Origin: Okeania sp.
GTDB lineage: Bacteria > Cyanobacteriota > Cyanobacteriia > Cyanobacteriales > Microcoleaceae
DNA length: 6,409 nt
Assembly: GCF_035285525.1 (NCBI RefSeq)
Contig: NZ_JAYKGW010000035.1
Span: 1 to 6,409 of the forward strand
Direction: 5' to 3'
The notes beneath the pieces were generated by a model, which was given only the letters and a program-made list of their open reading frames with translations, was not told the DNA's origin and ran no database searches. The translations under genes and the position numbers were made by a program. Below are positions 1 through 3,499 of the stretch, piece after piece (position 1 is the stretch's first letter; each line of letters starts with the position of its first letter).

Positions 1-18
1 CACGAACGCTATTGGTAG

Positions 19-112
19 GGTGCGTTTTGCGTTCCGCAAAGCTCCGCTTTATATGTCGGCTCAAGCGCCGAAACGCTGCGCGACATGAAAAGCGCACAAC
101 GCACAACGCACC
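19..112. repeat. GC-rich foldback element whose closing stem is made of inverted tandem heptamers (GTGCGTT/TTGCGTT versus GCACAAC x2). Possible structured RNA or repeat element.
   Basis: 19-33 (ggtgcgttttgcgtt) pairs with 98-112 (aacgcacaacgcacc) at 14 of 15 positions. Inner stems are 53-58 atgtcg with 81-86 cgacat, and 64-67 agcg with 74-77 cgct. Hand count gives 65 G+C in bases 1-120 (54%), against 40% in bases 121-180. No convincing ORF. Confidence 0.45.
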
Positions 113-251
113 AATACTCTATATATAGTGCCTCCCGTGTAAGTCCTGACTAAGTCTGGTTATAAGTAAGTAGGCGTTAAAATTTCTGGTTAGATGAAGG
201 CAGAAAGAAGGCAAAGGGGTTAGAAGGATTTGGACAAACTAGCTTTTTATA

Positions 252-267
252 ACCGGATTTGGTATCA
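252..267 (+). repeat. Partial third copy of a short dispersed repeat (core ACCGGATTTGRTATCA)
   Basis: accggatttggtatca at 252-267 matches 1868-1883 accggatttgatatca at 15 of 16 positions. Intergenic location. Confidence 0.5.
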
Positions 268-287
268 ATTCTAAATTCTAAATTCTT
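267..287. repeat. Tandem heptamer repeat AATTCTA AATTCTA AATTCTT (STRR-like)
   Basis: Three consecutive 7-nt units read directly at 267-273, 274-280 and 281-287. Confidence 0.7.
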
Positions 288-295
288 CCTTACCT

Positions 296-344
296 AAAAA
301 AATAAAGGACAATGACAAACTTAATTGCATCATCCTTTATTTTT
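296..344 (-). terminator. Putative intrinsic terminator downstream of tRNA-Glu
   Basis: On the minus-strand RNA, UAAAGGAUGAUG (339..328) pairs with CAUUGUCCUUUA (314..303). That gives 12 bp, including two G.U pairs that work only on the minus-strand transcript. The loop is 13 nt and is followed by a run of 7 U (302..296). The stem is AT-rich with only 3 G-C pairs, so confidence is moderate. Confidence 0.5.
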
Positions 345-346
345 AA

Positions 347-419
347 TACCCCCAAGGGAATTCGAATCCCTGTCGCATCCGTGAAAGGGATGTGTCCTAG
401 GCCTCTAGACGATGGGGGC
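347..419 (-). tRNA. trnE: tRNA-Glu (anticodon UUC), 73 nt, CCA not encoded
   Basis: The reverse complement is GCCCCCA TC GTCT AGAGGCCTA GGAC A CATCC CTTTCAC GGATG CGAC AGGGA TTCGAAT TCCCT TGGGGGT A, which folds as a complete cloverleaf. The anticodon loop is C-U-UUC-A-C, and the anticodon is the complement of 383-385. It has the G1.U72 pair and A73 discriminator typical of cyanobacterial and plastid tRNA-Glu. Confidence 0.97.
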
Positions 420-449
420 GTGTTTGTTTTTTTCATTCGCACATTTACT

Positions 450-478
450 AGAGTAGCGAATCTATAAGTAAATGTCAA
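450..478 (-). promoter_or_regulatory. Candidate sigma70-type promoter for tRNA-Glu
   Basis: The minus strand has a perfect TTGACA (478..473), a 17-nt spacer, then TACTCT (455..450), which matches T1, A2 and T6 of TATAAT. The predicted start is about 24 nt upstream of the mature tRNA 5' end (419). Confidence 0.4.
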
Positions 479-550
479 GGGGTATGAAAAAATTTTTTTT
501 CCTTACTTTTTGGCCATATATATAAATATACCGAATATTCCCTTGAGCGC

Positions 551-1723
551 TTACGGAGAAACAGGATTGACCAATTTCTCTGGTTCTTGTTTGGCCTCCA
601 AAGCCATCTGAGCCGAGATACCATCATTCTGGTCTCCAAAATACCATAAAGTAGCAGCAGCTTCAGCCCTACTAACTGTCTTATCTGGCCTGAATAGTTT
701 AGTATAACCGAAAACCCGACGAATATTAGAAAATTCATTTTCAGAATCTGCTAATACTGCCTTCAAAGCACTAGGGTCTATTTTAGAAGCATCTTGAAAA
801 TCCCATGCTGTCTTGACTTTCTGTATGGTAGCTTCTGATAATGGCTTCCGAAAATCTAAAGGCACTTTCCACAGAATTAAATCTTCACGAGTTAAAAAAT
901 CATTGGGCCGAAATTTAACCACATTAACATCTCCAGATAAGGGACTAGGAATTAAACCTGCTTCTGCCAAACCTTGAATTACAAGAAAGTCGGGGTCAGT
1001 TTTGGGCACATCTTCAAAAATTGGTTTTTCATTTGCGGTAGCTAATCGGATGTGTTTAGCAGGATTATTGGCAAACATCTTATTATTTGCAGTTACTAAC
1101 CATCTGGCGTATACACGGCGACTGACAAGATTTTGAGGTTGAATGAAAGCAGTGGTTGTATTGGGGTTATTTTGATTTTCCCTTTGTTCCTGCTGAAATA
1201 TTCCTAGTTTGGACAAATCTACAATGTATGGACGTAAACCTGTAGGTACATCCATGAGGGCTGTTGTTGATACAGGGACTTCTGAAGGGATGGTGGTAGA
1301 AGTCGGTGGCATACTATCAGTAGGAAATGGTGTTTGTATTGTGGGACTAGATGATTCTTGGGATGTTTCTGTAACATTGGGTGATGACTGAGTTTCTGGT
1401 TGGGGAGTTGGTGATAAAGTTGAGTTGGCAGAAGTTTCTGATGAAAAATCAGTTGGTTTATCTATTAATTCCGAGTTAGAAGTTGGGGATATTTCTGTAG
1501 GAGAATTAGTGGGAAGTTGTACGTTTTTTTCTGGTTGTTGGTTGTTTTGATTAGAGGTTTGATTTAGTTGGTTAAAGTTAGAATTATTTTTTAATTGGGG
1601 GTCTGCTGCCAAAATTTGTTCTAGGTCTTTATTTCCGGAATTATTGGCGCAACTACTGACAGAAATTAATAAACAAATAGTTAGACTAGCAAATATCTCT
1701 GGTTTATTTAATAACATACTCAT
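551..1723 (-). CDS. Putative lipoprotein with a long low-complexity linker and three C-terminal S-layer-homology (SLH) repeats
   Basis: The ORF is open from 551 to 1888. Residues 56-80 of the long ORF (MSMLLNKPEIFASLTICLLISVSSC) look like a signal peptide with lipobox V-S-S-C, so the start is placed at the ATG at 1723. Alternative starts are 1717, 1762 and 1888. ORF residues ~97-210 are rich in N, Q, P, T and S. Three SLH-like repeats are visible: MDVPTG..YIVDLSKLGIF..FIQPQNLVSRRVYARWLV, FEDVPKTDPDFLVIQGLAEAGLIP..FRPNDFLTREDLILW, and FQDASKIDPSALKAVLAD..FRPDKTVSRAEAAATLW. The stop is TAA at 553..551. Confidence 0.85.
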   Translation of the reverse strand: MSMLLNKPEIFASLTICLLISVSSCANNSGNKDLEQILAADPQLKNNSNFNQLNQTSNQNNQQPEKNVQLPTNSPTEISPTSNSELIDKPTDFSSETSANSTLSPTPQPETQSSPNVTETSQESSSPTIQTPFPTDSMPPTSTTIPSEVPVSTTALMDVPTGLRPYIVDLSKLGIFQQEQRENQNNPNTTTAFIQPQNLVSRRVYARWLVTANNKMFANNPAKHIRLATANEKPIFEDVPKTDPDFLVIQGLAEAGLIPSPLSGDVNVVKFRPNDFLTREDLILWKVPLDFRKPLSEATIQKVKTAWDFQDASKIDPSALKAVLADSENEFSNIRRVFGYTKLFRPDKTVSRAEAAATLWYFGDQNDGISAQMALEAKQEPEKLVNPVSP

Positions 1724-1860
1724 AAAAATAAATTTACTTAGTATTTTGAAGGATATGTCCATGATATCAAATCCGCTTAATTCGGTAGAAAAAAATGTTT
1801 CATCTTCAACCATTACTATATCTTCCCATACTCCCCACATGAACCACACTGTTTTTACAC

Positions 1861-1883
1861 CGATACTACCGGATTTGATATCA
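1861..1883 (+). repeat. 23-nt short dispersed repeat, copy B (CGATACTACCGGATTTGATATCA)
   Basis: It is the reverse complement of 3051-3073 at 22 of 23 positions, with an exact 16-mer core AAATCCGGTAGTATCG. It also matches 252-267 over its last 16 nt. Confidence 0.6.
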
Positions 1884-1941
1884 GCCATCAGCTACTGCTT
1901 TTAGTTTGTTTTCAAGGGTTGCTTTTACTTTTTCCAAAATT

Positions 1942-1976
1942 AATAGCTAAACGCTAATAGCTGACTGCTGAATGCT
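1942..1976. repeat. Five tandem degenerate heptamers (AATAGCT AAACGCT AATAGCT GACTGCT GAATGCT), STRR-like
   Basis: Read directly from the sequence. Every 7-nt unit ends in GCT. The repeat lies just downstream of the stop of the 1987..2916 gene. Confidence 0.7.
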
Positions 1977-1986
1977 TAGGAAATAT

Positions 1987-2916
1987 TTAAGATTTACCTG
2001 TAGGTGGAAATTGGCTAGTTTTTACCTTTTGTTCTTGCTGTTGCGGTTCTTTTTGTCCTTCCTCTGCTCTTCTCTCAGCTTTTTCTTGGTCTTTTAACTG
2101 TTTGAGGTGAATAGATTTCACCTGATTCATAAATTTAGCCATAGCATCTCTTGCATTTTTGTAACGTTCATCTTCGTCAGCATAGCGAGGAATCCTATAA
2201 CCTGCAGTTACTCCTAAGAGAAATTCGTTTTTTTCCGATTCTAAATTTTCTATAGCTTCATTAGCAGATGTATAATTTTCTTCCAAAGAAAATGCAGTTG
2301 AAAGACTAGCAACAATAGCAGCGATCGCTGGAAATATTACAGGTAACCATTTCAGCCAATTTGGTGCTGTTTCTGACTTCTCAACTAGAACTAAAATCGG
2401 AGTCACTGCAGAAAAAATTATGGTTGTTATCTGCAATAGATAGTAAAAAAATCTGGCTTCTACACGAAGTGTTCTGTACCTTTCTAGTAGTTCTTCAGTA
2501 TAACTTAAAGCTATTTCTACTCCTTCCATTATCTGTTTAACTTTTGGAGAGTCTTCTAGTTGTGCAGTCTTGATGTATATGTTTTTTGCCTTAAGTACAT
2601 TATAATTATTGATTTTCTTATTATAGTTTTTCTCTAATACACGATTAATAGGAAACAAGAAAATAAACACACCTATACAAAAAATTATTATAATGATCAG
2701 CAATTGAATCAGCTCTGGGAAGGCAAAAATTGTAATAGTTGAAATAATGGCAACTACAAAAGATAGATATGTAAGTATTTTTAAAAATGGTAAGATTCCA
2801 GAGCTGGGTGGTTTAAGTTTATAGATATCAACCAGGAGATTTTTGGGCTGAGAATCAATCATTTCATAATTCGGATCAGGACTTATCATATTTTCCTCTA
2901 TTTTTGAATTAGTCAT
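1987..2916 (-). CDS. Four-TM membrane protein: an N-terminal TM hairpin plus a C-terminal DUF4231/SLATT-like 2-TM module and a charged tail
   Basis: A 309-aa ORF in very AT-rich DNA is unlikely to be open by chance. TM1 and TM2 are about aa 41-66 and 69-90. The core is aa ~136-240: LSYTEELLERYRTLRVEARFFYYLLQITTIIFSAVTPILVLV (helix plus TM3), a short loop with NWLKW, LPVIFPAIAAIVASLSTAF (TM4), then EENYTSANEAIENLESEKNEFLLGVTAGY. This follows the DUF4231/SLATT layout of an amphipathic helix, two TM helices, and an N/W-x-x-Y..E-x-L-x-x-E-K...Y helix. The K/E/Q-rich tail is aa 241-309. The family assignment is by eye only. Confidence 0.8.
   Translation of the reverse strand: MTNSKIEENMISPDPNYEMIDSQPKNLLVDIYKLKPPSSGILPFLKILTYLSFVVAIISTITIFAFPELIQLLIIIIIFCIGVFIFLFPINRVLEKNYNKKINNYNVLKAKNIYIKTAQLEDSPKVKQIMEGVEIALSYTEELLERYRTLRVEARFFYYLLQITTIIFSAVTPILVLVEKSETAPNWLKWLPVIFPAIAAIVASLSTAFSLEENYTSANEAIENLESEKNEFLLGVTAGYRIPRYADEDERYKNARDAMAKFMNQVKSIHLKQLKDQEKAERRAEEGQKEPQQQEQKVKTSQFPPTGKS
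2321..2328. repeat. HIP1 octamer GCGATCGC
   Basis: Exact match, inside the AT-rich 1987..2916 CDS. Confidence 0.9.
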
Positions 2917-3040
2917 AGTTTCTTTGTTTATTTAATAACTATTTCAAAATACACTAATTTGGGGTTAATAGTCAATTAAAAACTATCAAGAAAGTATGTT
3001 TATAATTAATAATTAACAATTATATAAAACTGCAGTCAAG

Positions 3041-3063
3041 GGATTTTATATGATATAAAATCC
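3041..3063. promoter_or_regulatory. Perfect 23-bp palindrome GGATTTTATAT-G-ATATAAAATCC (candidate operator or hairpin)
   Basis: All 11 arm positions are complementary around centre G3052. It lies 125-147 nt upstream of the ATG at 2916, next to a minus-strand TTGACT (3039..3034) and a minus-strand TATAAT (3024..3019). Confidence 0.4.
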
Positions 3064-3073
3064 GGTAGTATCG
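3051..3073 (-). repeat. 23-nt short dispersed repeat, copy A, inverted relative to copies at 1861-1883 and 252-267
   Basis: The plus strand reads TGATATAAAATCCGGTAGTATCG. Its reverse complement matches 1861-1883 at 22 of 23 positions. It overlaps the right arm of the 23-bp palindrome. Confidence 0.6.
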
Positions 3074-3087
3074 CTATAGAAAAGCGC

Positions 3088-3292
3088 AGAAACCGGGTTG
3101 GTTTTACAGCAGTTTCGGAGGCGCGTGAGGTACAAAATTTTATTTTCTGAGTAATTATGGTAACACAACCTTCCAGGTTGTTACAGCAAACGAAGCCTGT
3201 GTTACAAAGATATTTAAGTGTACCTCACGATCCTCATGCATTGCTGTAAATGCCTCACTGTATAACATCTATCTTTCACAAACCCGGTTTCT
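3088..3292. other. ~205-nt rod-like foldback element (candidate structured sRNA, cis-regulatory RNA or MITE-like repeat)
   Basis: The outer stem is 12 bp: agaaaccgggtt (3088-3099) with aacccggtttct (3281-3292). A colinear arm, 3103-3134 against 3219-3250, has 25 Watson-Crick pairs plus 2 G.U pairs out of 32 positions, including an 11-bp block cgtgaggtaca/tgtacctcacg. Two apical helices exclude each other: 3160-3167/3198-3205 (8 bp) and 3166-3171/3175-3180 (6 bp). The right arm carries a 30-nt asymmetric bulge at 3251-3280. Confidence 0.45.
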
Positions 3293-3397
3293 TTTATCCC
3301 TCAGAAGCTAACAGATTTGATATGATTACTATATCCAAGTCGTTGTGACGGTTACTCCAAGTATAAGTATTCAATTGAAGGGGTTTGGTTTTCAAAT

Positions 3398-3430
3398 CCC
3401 ATCACCCCACCATCATATCACCCCATCACC
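3398..3430. repeat. C-rich (minus strand G-rich) short repeat block: ATCACCCC x2 plus ATCACC
   Basis: ATCACCCC occurs at 3401-3408 and 3417-3424, and ATCACC at 3425-3430. The minus strand reads GGTGAT GGGGTGAT ATGATGGT GGGGTGAT GGG, about 70 nt downstream of the RND stop. The block is flanked by an 8-bp inverted repeat, attgaagg (3374-3381) and ccttcaat (3429-3436). Confidence 0.5.
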
Positions 3431-3499
3431 TTCAATGTATGTCATACCTTGAGAAACTGCTGCAATGAATGTTGGAATATTTCTTAGTTCCAGACAAAA

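Noticed and set aside
1-128. Open reading frames running in from the left edge (plus-strand frame 2 to the TGA at 86-88, and frame 3 to the TAG at 126-128)
   Set aside because: They are open mainly because the segment is GC-rich. The translations, such as ..RVRFAFRKAPLYMSAQAPKRCAT, have no recognisable motif, and the nested inverted-repeat structure explains the region better. This cannot be fully excluded without sequence further to the left.
290-478. 62-aa minus-strand ORF from the ORF track
   Set aside because: It overlaps the entire tRNA-Glu gene (347..419) plus its terminator and promoter. The sequence is fully explained by the tRNA cloverleaf.
475-738. 87-aa minus-strand ORF
   Set aside because: It is out of frame with, and largely inside, the 3' end of the SLH-repeat CDS, whose translation shows clear domain motifs. 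The rest is AT-rich intergenic sequence, and the peptide has no recognisable features.
1209-1904. Plus-strand ORFs 1209..1391 (60 aa) and 1644..1904 (86 aa)
   Set aside because: Both are antisense to the SLH protein gene or its upstream region. They have no start context or motifs, and their composition is typical of shadow ORFs opposite a real gene.
347-1986. tRNA-Glu as the attachment site of an integrated genomic island
   Set aside because: I found no integrase gene and no direct repeat of the tRNA 3' end (TTCGAATTCCCTTGGGGGTA) elsewhere in the window by eye. The adjacent gene is an ordinary envelope protein.
3155-3249. Small ORFs inside the foldback: plus strand 3157..3249 (30 aa, MVTQPSRLLQQTKPVLQRYLSVPHDPHALL) and minus strand 3155..3241 (28 aa)
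   Set aside because: Both are short and not hydrophobic, so they are not type I toxin-like. There is no convincing ribosome-binding site. The near-palindromic sequence tends to give mirrored open frames on both strands, so I treat them as by-products of the structure unless ribosome profiling says otherwise.
1987-3292. Retron-like, CBASS-like or other complete defence system (structured ncRNA plus 2-TM effector)
   Set aside because: There is no reverse transcriptase, nucleotide cyclase, TIR, nuclease or ATPase ORF anywhere in the window. The neighbours are an RND pump and an SLH protein. Only the effector-like membrane protein and an unassigned structured element are present, so a system call would be speculation.
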